From contig JANXYG010000118.1 in assembly GCA_025350245.1 (NCBI GenBank), positions 482 through 64,481 on the forward strand: a stretch of 64,000 bases of DNA, given 5' to 3'. The notes below the pieces were generated by a model that was not told where the DNA came from, did no database searches, and saw only the letters and a list, made by a program, of their open reading frames with translations. Source of the stretch: Betaproteobacteria bacterium (GTDB lineage Bacteria > Pseudomonadota > Gammaproteobacteria > Burkholderiales > Ga0077523). A program made the position numbers and the translations under genes. Below are positions 49,897 through 58,105 of this stretch, piece by piece. Numbering within the stretch: position 1 is the first letter of the stretch; each line of letters starts with the position of its first letter.

Positions 49897-50259
49897 TCAG
49901 GCGTCGCCTTGCATGTACTCCGATAACTCGCGGTGAACGTCCCAGATGAACTGTGCGATCTTCGTCAACTTCGTATAGTGTGCCGCCGATAGTGACGCGG
50001 CGAGCCGACCGTCGTGGAATTGACTTGGTGGCGACTCGGTCGCCATGCTGTAGAGGCTTGCAAAGTTCGTCCTAATGGAACCATGCTCAGGGAGGTCTTT
50101 CTCGCGAAGTGAGTAATATTCGGGATCAATTGCGCCAAGGCGTGACCGAAGGTTCCCGTTCTCACAGCACAGTGTGTGGATCGCTTCGATACTGAGCGTG
50201 TAAGCCACAGAGTAGCGGAGCACCCCGGCGAGCGCTGGATTCGTGGTGGTTTTTTGCAT
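49897..50259 (-). CDS. Hypothetical protein
   Basis: 120-aa ORF in a lower-GC stretch. No motif recognised. Confidence 0.4.
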   Translation of the reverse strand: MQKTTTNPALAGVLRYSVAYTLSIEAIHTLCCENGNLRSRLGAIDPEYYSLREKDLPEHGSIRTNFASLYSMATESPPSQFHDGRLAASLSAAHYTKLTKIAQFIWDVHRELSEYMQGDA

Positions 50260-50379
50260 GAGACGAACGATCCCTTAGGCAGGGGCGTCTTTGACGCCGA
50301 CGCTCAGCGAACGCCGGAGACGATCCAACGCGACGCGAAACGAGCCGAATGCCAAGGGACACGCAATTGCGGCTGGTCA

Positions 50380-50514
50380 TCAGACCCCGCTCTTTGCAAC
50401 GAGCGGCGACGCGTGAAGCTGGAGCCCGAGTGCCGACACAACTTTGAGAATCGTGGCGAACTCCGGATTACCGGCTGGCGAGAGCGCCTTGTGCAGCACG
50501 ATCGGGCCACTGTG
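50380..50514 (-). pseudogene. C-terminal remnant (~40 aa) of an addiction-module antidote (HigA-family, TIGR02684-type) gene
   Basis: The tail of the 50380..50868 ORF reads ..VLHKALSPAGNPEFATILKVVSALGLQLHASP.., the conserved C-terminus of these antidote proteins. Everything upstream is replaced by the HigA-2-like gene, which ends at 50517. Confidence 0.55.
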
Positions 50515-50516
50515 AA

Positions 50517-50813
50517 TCAGACGGCCTGCAAGGCTTTTTGAACCGCCTTGGGCGCGCGTTCGATGACGAGGAGATAAGCCCGTGTCGGCCCCTCCGGTTG
50601 GCGCGAACCCTGTTCCCAATGGCGCAGTGTGTTGACGCTGAACCCGAACCGGCCCGCGAATTCTTCTTGCGTCATGTCCAAACTCGTCCGGATCGCCTTC
50701 ACGTCGATCTTCACCGGCACACGGACGCGATAGACGCTCTCGTCCGCCTTTCCCTCGGCGTAGACCACCGCTTCTCGAAGGCCGCGTCGGATACTGTCGG
50801 CAACCTTGCTCAT
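50517..50813 (-). CDS. HigA-2-like XRE-type HTH antitoxin
   Basis: 98 aa. ..VKAIRTSLDMTQEEFAGRFGFSVNTLRHWEQGSRQPEGPTRAYLLVIERAPKAVQKAL matches the Vibrio HigA-2/COG2944 pattern. It shares ATGA with the upstream toxin. Confidence 0.8.
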   Translation of the reverse strand: MSKVADSIRRGLREAVVYAEGKADESVYRVRVPVKIDVKAIRTSLDMTQEEFAGRFGFSVNTLRHWEQGSRQPEGPTRAYLLVIERAPKAVQKALQAV

Positions 50814-51171
50814 TGCTTTCTCCTTTTGAATTCCCCAACCAGCAACGACGTAAGCTGCCGGAAGTCATTGCGATCCTGCTGGCTCAGATCGTCCTGCTCA
50901 TTCTTGGCGTAGGCGGTGAGCGCGAACAGCGGCATCCCGAGGTCGTGGTAAAAATAGATCACCCGCGCGCCACTACGCTTGCCTCGCCCCTCCAAACCCC
51001 ATCTCAGCTTCCGCACGCCACCTGTTCCAGGAATCAGGTCGCCGGACGGGATGTAGGGTTGAAAGCGAGATAATCCACAAGAAGCGCCCGCTCGTCGTCG
51101 GTCATCAACTTGCGGGTCGCGGACAGGAACTCCGGGGTCTCGACAACGCTGATCGGAACCGTTCGGGCCAT
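50810..51171 (-). pseudogene. HigB-2-like (RelE superfamily, COG4737) toxin gene with a single frameshift
   Basis: ATG 51171 opens MARTVPISVVETPEFLSATRKLMTDDERALLVDYLAFNPTS.. and hits a stop. The rest (..GDLIPGTGGVRKLRWGLEGRGKRSGARVIYFYHDLGMPLFALTAYAKNEQDDL..) lies in the 50810..51205 frame. The junction is near the G-run at 51048-51050. One added nt would restore ~119 aa. Confidence 0.75.
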
Positions 51172-51900
51172 GAAAAACTGTACTCCAATGGATCAGTTGA
51201 AGCAAGCATCACTGCAATCCATTCGATCATCTAGCCCGCGCCGCCTATCCGTCGCAATCGGAGCGCTGACGGAGGAAAAAGCGGCCGGCTTCCATTCGCA
51301 ACGGTGCCGAGCCAACATTGATGGGCCGACACGTTATCAGGGCCAGCGCCTTGAAAACGAGAGCCCTTTTTCGTTTGTGTGTTCATGCAAGACGCGACCC
51401 CGTAGCTCACCGGTGCCGTCACGCCGTCCAACCGGGCACGCCAACGCCGCGCGTGGGCACACCAACTCGACAGCGACCTGAGCGCCACCGCGAGTTCGCG
51501 CGTCGCGAAGATCGACCGCCGGGTCACGCGGTTTCGCAGCACCTTGCCCTCGAAGGTCACCGCCTGCCAGTGGCGATCGTGGCCCCAGAGCGCCGGATGC
51601 TCGACCTCTTCGATGCGGTAGCCGAGCACAAGGTCGAACAACCGAAGATGGCTGACGTTGTCCCGCCTGGGGTCTGGCTTTGCCCTTGATCTTCGGGACG
51701 CTCCTGACGCCCACCGGTTCGAAGCGCAACTGCGTGCGCGCCTCGAATACGCTCTGCACCACGGAGAAGCGGAGCGCCGAGAAGTCCACCGCGCTTGCCC
51801 GGTCTTGACTGGCCAGCAGCGTCCGGTGGCCCGCCCGTGCTTCGAGCAAATTGATCAGGCCGGAGCCGCCGTCAAGCTAAGGCAATTCTTGAAGGTCGGC

Positions 51901-53025
51901 CTACCCTGGTGAGTCGTTCAGCTTATAGCTGGTGCTGCGGCCACCCGCATCTGATTTCCGCAGGACGCCACGGGCTAGCAGTTCAGTGATGTCTCGCAGC
52001 GCGGTGTCCGGCGAACACTTGGCGATCGCCGCCCATTTGCTGCTGGTGAGCTTGCCCTCGAAGCCATCAAGTAGCCGATTGACCAACTTCACCTGTCGCT
52101 CGTTCAGCGGCGTTGTTGCCCAGCACTGCCAGAACCGCGTCTTGACCAGCACGGCATCCAGCGTGTGCTGTGCCTGATCGACGGCGCGATGCAGTGTGGC
52201 GAGGAACCACGCGAGCCACTCGGTGACATCCAATGATTGCTTTTGCGTGCGCGCCAGGATGTCGTAGTAGGCCTTGCGCTCGCGCTGGATCTGCGCCGAC
52301 AGGCTGTAGAAGCGCTGGGGGCTGCCATCCGCACGGGCCAGGAACAGATCGCCGACGGCACGCGCGATGCGGCCGTTGCCATCATCGAACGGGTGCAGGG
52401 TGACAAACCACAGGTGCGCGAGCCCGGCCTTGATCAGCGGTGGCTCGCTTGACGCGCTGTTGGCCCAGGCCAGAAAGCGGTCGGTTTCGGATTCCAGTCG
52501 GTCAGCCGGCGGCGCCTCGAAATGCACGCGTTGGCGCCCCAGCGGCCCAGACACCACCTGCATCGGACCGGTGGCATCGTCGCGCCAGCCGCCCACGTTG
52601 ATTCGGACAAGGCCCGAATAGCCCGTAGGGAAAAGGGCGGCGTGCCACCCGAACAAGCGATCCCGGGTGACCGGAGCGTTGCAGTTGGCGGTGGCGTCTA
52701 GCACCATCTCGACCACGCCTTCGACGTGGTGATCCACCGGGGCCAGGGCACCGCTGTCGACGCCGAGTCTGCGCGCGATGGAGGAGCGCACAGACTCGAC
52801 GTTGAGCTGCTCACCCTCGATCTCGCTGGTCTTGATGACGTCCTCGGTCAACACCGACAGGCTGGCCTGGTCGCGCAGGGCCATGCCGACGTCGGCCAGT
52901 CGCCCCATCAACAGACCCTGGGCGCGGCTGACATCGGCCAATGGTTGAGCCAGCGTAGCCAGGTTAAAGCGCCAAGTTGGCCAGTCTCTGGCCTGCCAGA
53001 TGTAGGTGTAATCTCCGCCCTTCAT
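51901..53025 (-). CDS. Fic-family AMPylase-type protein (class II, N-terminal inhibitory helix; C-terminal wHTH)
   Basis: 374 aa. The Fic motif HPFDDGNGRIARAV is intact. The inhibitory [ST]xxxE[GN] motif is present as TSEIEG at aa ~66. The N-terminus ..YIWQARDWPTWRF.. is typical of the DUF4172-Fic architecture. Confidence 0.85.
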   Translation of the reverse strand: MKGGDYTYIWQARDWPTWRFNLATLAQPLADVSRAQGLLMGRLADVGMALRDQASLSVLTEDVIKTSEIEGEQLNVESVRSSIARRLGVDSGALAPVDHHVEGVVEMVLDATANCNAPVTRDRLFGWHAALFPTGYSGLVRINVGGWRDDATGPMQVVSGPLGRQRVHFEAPPADRLESETDRFLAWANSASSEPPLIKAGLAHLWFVTLHPFDDGNGRIARAVGDLFLARADGSPQRFYSLSAQIQRERKAYYDILARTQKQSLDVTEWLAWFLATLHRAVDQAQHTLDAVLVKTRFWQCWATTPLNERQVKLVNRLLDGFEGKLTSSKWAAIAKCSPDTALRDITELLARGVLRKSDAGGRSTSYKLNDSPG

Positions 53026-53194
53026 GCGGAGATTATGAGGTGCATTCTCCGCATGCGCAAGTTATTCGCCGTATGAAGTGCGGCGAATGAATTCTGTACT
53101 CACCGCACAGGAGAAGTCGTGAGAGCAGGCGCACACCCCTGGAATGGGTGTAAACGGGTGTGACTCTGGTCGCCGTAAACGCTGAGACCTGTCC

Positions 53195-53704
53195 TCAGAG
53201 ACGCTCCGCGAAACTCGCGAACGGCATCGTGTATCGGTTTTCGGCAAGCACGACCTTGTACCCGTCGGCTTGCGCCACAGTGATATGACCGCAGCGGATA
53301 GCTTGCAGGAGTAAATCCTCTGTTCCGAGTATTCGAGCCTCACCGATCAATTCGATGGCTTTGCGACGAAAGCGCTTTTTCTCGTCCGAGGCAAGATGGC
53401 ACCCAACGATTGCGGCCAGCGCCAGACAGGCGGCTTCACCGCGCCCCATCAGATCGCGCAGCTCACCGAATAGGGCAAGCGCATCCAGAGCATCGATGAC
53501 CAGTAGATCAAGTTGACCCGCGGCAATGGCGTTATCGACGGCCGCTCTCTGCCCAGGTTCAGTCAGCTCCTGCAGCACCTCGGTCGACAATTGAAACCGG
53601 TACGCGGGCAACTCGCCGAGCAGCGCCAACTGGCCGATATGCAGAAAATTGATCAGCACATTGGTATCGGTGATAACGATGGCTGTCACAGCCAGCGCAG
53701 ACAT
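53195..53704 (-). CDS. PIN-domain nuclease-like protein (DUF3368-like)
   Basis: 169 aa. ..IVITDTNVLINFLHIGQLALLGEL..STEVLQEL..GEAACLALAA..LASDEKKRFRRKA..ILGTEDLLL.. follows the PIN acidic-residue pattern. It starts 13 nt after the HTH-ImmA gene. Confidence 0.65.
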   Translation of the reverse strand: MSALAVTAIVITDTNVLINFLHIGQLALLGELPAYRFQLSTEVLQELTEPGQRAAVDNAIAAGQLDLLVIDALDALALFGELRDLMGRGEAACLALAAIVGCHLASDEKKRFRRKAIELIGEARILGTEDLLLQAIRCGHITVAQADGYKVVLAENRYTMPFASFAERL

Positions 53705-53719
53705 GGGACGTTCCGGCCG

Positions 53720-54979
53720 TCATGCCTGATCGAGGCCAGCGGATGAGAGCACGCGCTCGACATCATGTCGACCCACACCCACCATCGCGGCCAATTCGGT
53801 CAGTTTGCTCTGGGTGATCTCCTCGCGCCGATTGGCTTCCAGCGCAAGCCCCAGAAAACGGCGACGGAACTCATCTCGCGTTCCCCGCTCCTCCACCGGG
53901 TCATCGGCAGCCAGGAAGTCGGCGATCGCCCTGCCCGCCCCGGTATCCTCTTCGGACTTCAGGCGCTGGAACTCGCGCTCATCGATCAGGCGTAAGTTCT
54001 TCAGGCGATACAACGCCGAAATGCGGCTCACCCCAAAGTGATGAGCAAGCAGCGCGACATCGTATAGCTGGATGTCCTGACTGCCAGGGGTCGCGCGCTG
54101 TTCCACCTGAACCACATCGGACTCATCGAAAACGGCGACTTGCGCACGGCTCGCGCCACCCTTGCCCAGTGCCTGAACGAACTGGGCTACGCCCTCGGCA
54201 GGCATCATGAATTCAGCCGCAAAGGCATTAGCTCTGACTTCGAGCAGTTCGGCCCGATTCTCGGCACGGCTGATGGCACCGGATCTCTCGCGATCAATCA
54301 ACACATGCGCGTATTCGTGTGCCAGTGAGAAGCGGCGGCGTAGCGCAGAGTGATCGCTGTTGATGACCACGAAAATGCCGATCTTGTTATCCCACAAGGT
54401 CAGGCCGGAAATGTTATCGGGGAGCGTAACCAAACCGGTGCGCACGCCCTGCGACTCGAACAGTTCGATCAGATCCCCAGCGGGGGACACACCGAGCCCC
54501 AGCCGCTGCCGCTCCGCAGTTGCGACACGCTGACCTTGTTGAATGGCGTCCCAGCGTGATTTGGATGCGGGCCGTTCATAGACTGCCGCACGCAGTTGTG
54601 CTCGGTCGATTTCCAGCAGCCGTTCCAGATTGGTCATCTCTCGCCCGAGAGCCAAACAATCCTGCAGGGCGCGCCGTAGCTCGGCTTGCTCGGCAAGCTG
54701 CGCCTCGGTACGAAACAGGGCTGCCAAAGCATCCTGCTCAACGAAAGCGTCGGCAAAGAACGCCTTGATGTCGCGACCGACAGCATAGGCGATACGGTCC
54801 AGCTCGATGCTGGATACCGACCGGCTGCTGGATTCGATCTGGCCAACGGCAATGCGTGATAACTCGACCGCTTCGCCTAACTGCTCCTGAGTTAGGCCAC
54901 AACTCTCTCGTGCGGAACGAATGCGCCGCCCAAGCTCTTCTCTAGTGAGCGGAATGACGTTCTCCTTGGTTGAGGCCAT
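53720..54979 (-). CDS. Fusion protein: XRE-type HTH + ImmA/IrrE (COG2856) zinc metallopeptidase + C-terminal extension
   Basis: 419 aa from ATG 54979. HTH LGRRIRSARESCGLTQEQLGEAVELSRIAVGQIE. HExxH in FSLAHEYAHVLID, with the downstream ..ANAFAAEFMMP typical of ImmA/IrrE. Confidence 0.8.
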   Translation of the reverse strand: MASTKENVIPLTREELGRRIRSARESCGLTQEQLGEAVELSRIAVGQIESSSRSVSSIELDRIAYAVGRDIKAFFADAFVEQDALAALFRTEAQLAEQAELRRALQDCLALGREMTNLERLLEIDRAQLRAAVYERPASKSRWDAIQQGQRVATAERQRLGLGVSPAGDLIELFESQGVRTGLVTLPDNISGLTLWDNKIGIFVVINSDHSALRRRFSLAHEYAHVLIDRERSGAISRAENRAELLEVRANAFAAEFMMPAEGVAQFVQALGKGGASRAQVAVFDESDVVQVEQRATPGSQDIQLYDVALLAHHFGVSRISALYRLKNLRLIDEREFQRLKSEEDTGAGRAIADFLAADDPVEERGTRDEFRRRFLGLALEANRREEITQSKLTELAAMVGVGRHDVERVLSSAGLDQA

Positions 54980-55190
54980 GTTGAAATGATACAAAACTAC
55001 TCTACACTTGGCAAGTATCGGATTTCTAGTTAGATATTTTAACACCCGTCTCTCGGTAAATCCCGGATTTCACCCACATCGGAGCATGAAATGGCGAAGA
55101 ACAAACCAGTCGATGACGGTGCCCGCGCCGTGACACCACCGCTTTACGAAAGGGAAATGTGTTCGTGGGAGACTTGACCCCGCAGCTTGG

Positions 55191-55565
55191 TCAAAGCTGG
55201 TCGAGCTCATGATCGCTCTGAGCATCGTGTACGTGGCGGCGGAAAATTTCTTCGAGCGCGACATCGGTCGGCGCTGGATCCTCACGTTCTGCTTCGGCCT
55301 GATCCATGGTTTCGGCTTTGCCTCCACGTTGCGCGAGTGCGGGATCCCGCAAGGCAAGGTCGGCTGGGCGCTGGGCGCTTTCAGTCGGCGTGGAAGTCGG
55401 TCAGTTGGTGATCGTAGCGATCGCTTTCACCGCGCTGCTGGGTGTGGATGCATGGAGCCGGCGTCATGATGAGGCGGGCATGGGTCAGCGAAGTCGAGCG
55501 GTCGTGTGGAGCGTCTCAGCGGGCATTTTCCTGTTGGGACTGTTCTGGGCGTGGGAGCGCACTGA
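55191..55565 (+). pseudogene. HupE/UreJ_2-family membrane protein, C-terminal fragment with a frameshift
   Basis: ..LVELMIALSIVYVAAENFF..RRWILTFCFGLIHGFGFASTLRECGIP.. then a frame change near 55380 to ..VGVEVGQLVIVAIAFTALLG..GIFLLGLFWAWER. No N-terminal half or start codon. Confidence 0.65.
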
Positions 55566-55570
55566 GCGGC

Positions 55571-55957
55571 GTTACCGGTCCGCGCAGCGCCGTTGCCGGC
55601 CAGGCCGTCGCGCACGAAGTCGACATAGGTGTGCTCGGCGTCCGTGGGCCAGTGGCGATGGAAGTCCTCCAGGAACGTGGGCCAGTCGGGCGGCAGCCGA
55701 TGCACCTCAAAGTAGCGCTGCGGAAAGGAAAACCCGTGATCGATGCCGACGATCGTCTGGACGTCTTCCACGAGCCGCTCGGCCAACCAGTGCGCGATGC
55801 CGCGTCGCGTCCAGTACTTGCGAGGGCTGGGCGGCGGCGGTACCTCACTCGCCACGGACTCGCCGACGGCGTAGTAGACACGCAGGCCCCTGAGACTGGA
55901 CTCGGGCATCTCAGCCCCGGAATAGTCGATGCCGACGTAGCGGGAAAAGGCGGCCAT
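55571..55957 (-). pseudogene. Conserved-hypothetical gene, 3'-truncated (N-terminal ~129 codons)
   Basis: MAAFSRYVGIDYSGAEMPESSLRGLRVYYA..PPPSPRKYWTRRGIAHWLAERL..IVGIDHGFSFP.. looks like a real N-terminus. Beyond about 55570 the ORF runs antisense through the HupE fragment and is not protein-like. Confidence 0.45.
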
Positions 55958-55974
55958 CGAGATCTGTGGCCGAC

Positions 55975-56334
55975 TCAGGACACCTCGGTCAGCAGACTCT
56001 CGTAGGGGATCTTCAGCCCGTCGTGCAGCCGCTTGACCATCCGCAGGCTGAGCGGCCGCTTGCGGTTCAGCACCTCGGACACCCTCCCACTCGGACCGAT
56101 GAACGGTTCCAGGTCACGAGGGGTCAGCCCCTCCTGCTCCATGCGGAACTTGATGGCATCCACCGGGTCCGCGGGCCCGAAGTCGTAGTGCATGTTCTCG
56201 TACGCCTCGACGAGCGTCACCAGGACGTCGCGCTCATCGGCCTGCGCCGTGCCCTCCTCGGCCTGGAAGATCTTCTCCAGTCGGCGGAACACCTTCTTCA
56301 GGTCGTCATCGTTTCGGATCGGCTTAATAGTCAT
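55975..56334 (-). CDS. higA: HigA-type HTH antitoxin (COG5499-like)
   Basis: 119 aa. MTIKPIRNDDDLKKVFRRLEKIF..VLVTLVEAYE.. plus the C-terminal HTH ..GPSGRVSEVLNRKRPLSLRMVKRLHDGLKIP.. It overlaps the higB stop by 11 nt. Confidence 0.8.
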   Translation of the reverse strand: MTIKPIRNDDDLKKVFRRLEKIFQAEEGTAQADERDVLVTLVEAYENMHYDFGPADPVDAIKFRMEQEGLTPRDLEPFIGPSGRVSEVLNRKRPLSLRMVKRLHDGLKIPYESLLTEVS

Positions 56335-56632
56335 TCACGGACTCCACGTCGATGCGGTCGTACTGCGCATGCGTCCCGACGAACTTCACCCAGACGATCC
56401 CCGCTTGGTACTGCACTTCGACCACGAGCCTGTACTTGTTGCCGCCCACGTTGAACACCACGCGGTTGTTGCCGCAGATGCTTGCGCTGGCGAACTGAGC
56501 CTTGATGTCCTGCGGCGTGCGCCACTTCGCCTTGAGTGCCTCGTCGTACCAGCTGTGCAGCGGGCCTCGCGCATCGGCGCAACCGGGGTGCTCCCAGAAC
56601 TTCTTCAGGCCGCTCTTGGCGATGACCCTCAT
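56324..56632 (-). CDS. higB: HigB-family mRNA-interferase toxin
   Basis: 102 aa from ATG 56632. MRVIAKSGLKKFWEHPGCADARGPLHSWYDEALKAKWRTPQDIKAQFASASICGNNRVVFNVGGNKYRLVVEVQYQAGIVWVKFVGTHAQYDRID is the HigB_toxin pattern. The order is toxin-first. Confidence 0.85.
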   Translation of the reverse strand: MRVIAKSGLKKFWEHPGCADARGPLHSWYDEALKAKWRTPQDIKAQFASASICGNNRVVFNVGGNKYRLVVEVQYQAGIVWVKFVGTHAQYDRIDVESVNDY

Positions 56633-56978
56633 CACGGGCAGTATCTCCCATTTTGGGAGATAGATCAATGGAAGTCAAATCGGTATCCAGATGCTCCCCG
56701 TCACCGCTGCGAGCGGTGCCGTTGCAAATCTGAACACCGCCTGAATGCCCGCCTCTTCCTACCGCACCCCGGCACTTTTCTTCCGAATTCCGTATCTTGG
56801 AACCAAGGCAGCGGCTCGCCACCGATGCGCATCACCGAAGCCAGATGGCCGGAGACGACGAAGATGCAAGCCAGAAGTCCGTAGAGAGCGTCACCATTGA
56901 GGATCCCTACTCCCACTCGATCATCAACGAGCCTTCTAAGTTGTTGATTTGCCATGTGCTCGCCCCTGCCTCGCAGAC

Positions 56979-57001
56979 TTTTACCGTCATTTTTACCGTC
57001 A
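56979..57001. repeat. Direct repeat ttttaccgtca x2 (12-nt period); a third degenerate copy at 57202-57212
   Basis: Read directly: copies at 56979-56989 and 56991-57001, plus ttttaccgtta at 57202-57212. They sit in a 630-bp stretch without credible ORFs. Confidence 0.85.
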
Positions 57002-57064
57002 ACCTGTCAGGCACCAGCATTGGCGCGGGTTTGCGGGCGGTTCGACGAAAAGCGACCTTTCGAG

Positions 57065-57084
57065 ATCTATCGACATCTATCGAC
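57065..57084. repeat. Perfect tandem 10-mer atctatcgac x2
   Basis: Read directly: 57065-57074 and 57075-57084. Confidence 0.85.
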
Positions 57085-57297
57085 TCCTGCGGCGCTTGAC
57101 GACACCGTGGATGAGGTGTTCATGTGGGCCAGAGAAGTGCCGAAAAACGGTCGGCATCAAACGCCTTAAGCTATTGTCCCGGCTAACTTTTTCGCCTCTT
57201 TTTTTACCGTTATGACGCCGCACGCGCGGCACTGTTCAGAGTCGTCAGCGCAAGTACAGCGCAGCGGGGCGCGCTCAACTGTCCGGGGTGACCGCAC

Positions 57298-57870
57298 TCA
57301 AATGTGAAGATAGGCCAACGCGCCGACCGTCACACCCACCGCGCTCATGCCAAAGACGGCGTATTCCAGCCATCGGCGTCTGGTGAGCAAGGCGATGGCC
57401 GCCATCGCGATGGCGATCTGCAGTGCAGTGGTCGCCTGCGCCCAGCGGTGGTGCTGGTGCATCTGGCCCGCGCTCTTCTCATCGAACTCGGTCGACTGCT
57501 TCTCGAGCGCCTCGGCAGCGAGCTTGATCCCGGCCTTTTCGGTCTGATAGCGCTTGACCTGCTCTTCGAAGAACGCCTTGTCCGCGCCATTGGCCAACCG
57601 CATCCCCATTTCACTCAGGTTCTGCTTTCCACTCTTTGCCTGGTAGTAGTTCCACTGATTCGAGGCTTCCGTCTTCTTGATCGCCGCGTCGTTCTTGAGC
57701 AAGGCGGCTTCGGCCTGGGTCGCCCCCGCCATATACGAGAACATCGCCCCCACCGTAGCCAGGATCGCCGTCATGACGGCCAGCTGTCCGGCCATCCCCT
57801 TGGGCTCGCGCTCAGCAGCCTCGTCCAAGCGTTCTTCGTGGGCACCGCGAACGTCGAATTCCTCGGACAT
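57298..57870 (-). CDS. DUF4337 domain protein
   Basis: 190 aa. It has a TM helix, then ..NDAAIKKTEASNQWNYYQAKSGKQNL.., a coiled region and two C-terminal TM helices, which is the DUF4337 layout. Confidence 0.7.
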   Translation of the reverse strand: MSEEFDVRGAHEERLDEAAEREPKGMAGQLAVMTAILATVGAMFSYMAGATQAEAALLKNDAAIKKTEASNQWNYYQAKSGKQNLSEMGMRLANGADKAFFEEQVKRYQTEKAGIKLAAEALEKQSTEFDEKSAGQMHQHHRWAQATTALQIAIAMAAIALLTRRRWLEYAVFGMSAVGVTVGALAYLHI

Positions 57871-58105
57871 GTTGTTCTCCAGTGACGTCGTGAGATCTTG
57901 TCCGCCCGAAGTACGAGTCAGTCACCACTTGGCGCTTGCGCGTCGGGTGCCGTTGCCGTCGCCCATTGGCCCGGCACCGATCGATCCGATGCGTTCCTTC
58001 ACCGCTCATCCTTTCGTGTGATCTGCCGACGGCCTGTGTGACGGGCCGATGCGAGCGGTGCGGCAGGACTCGAGACCGGCGTAGTCGTGGCGAATGCCGC
58101 GGCAG

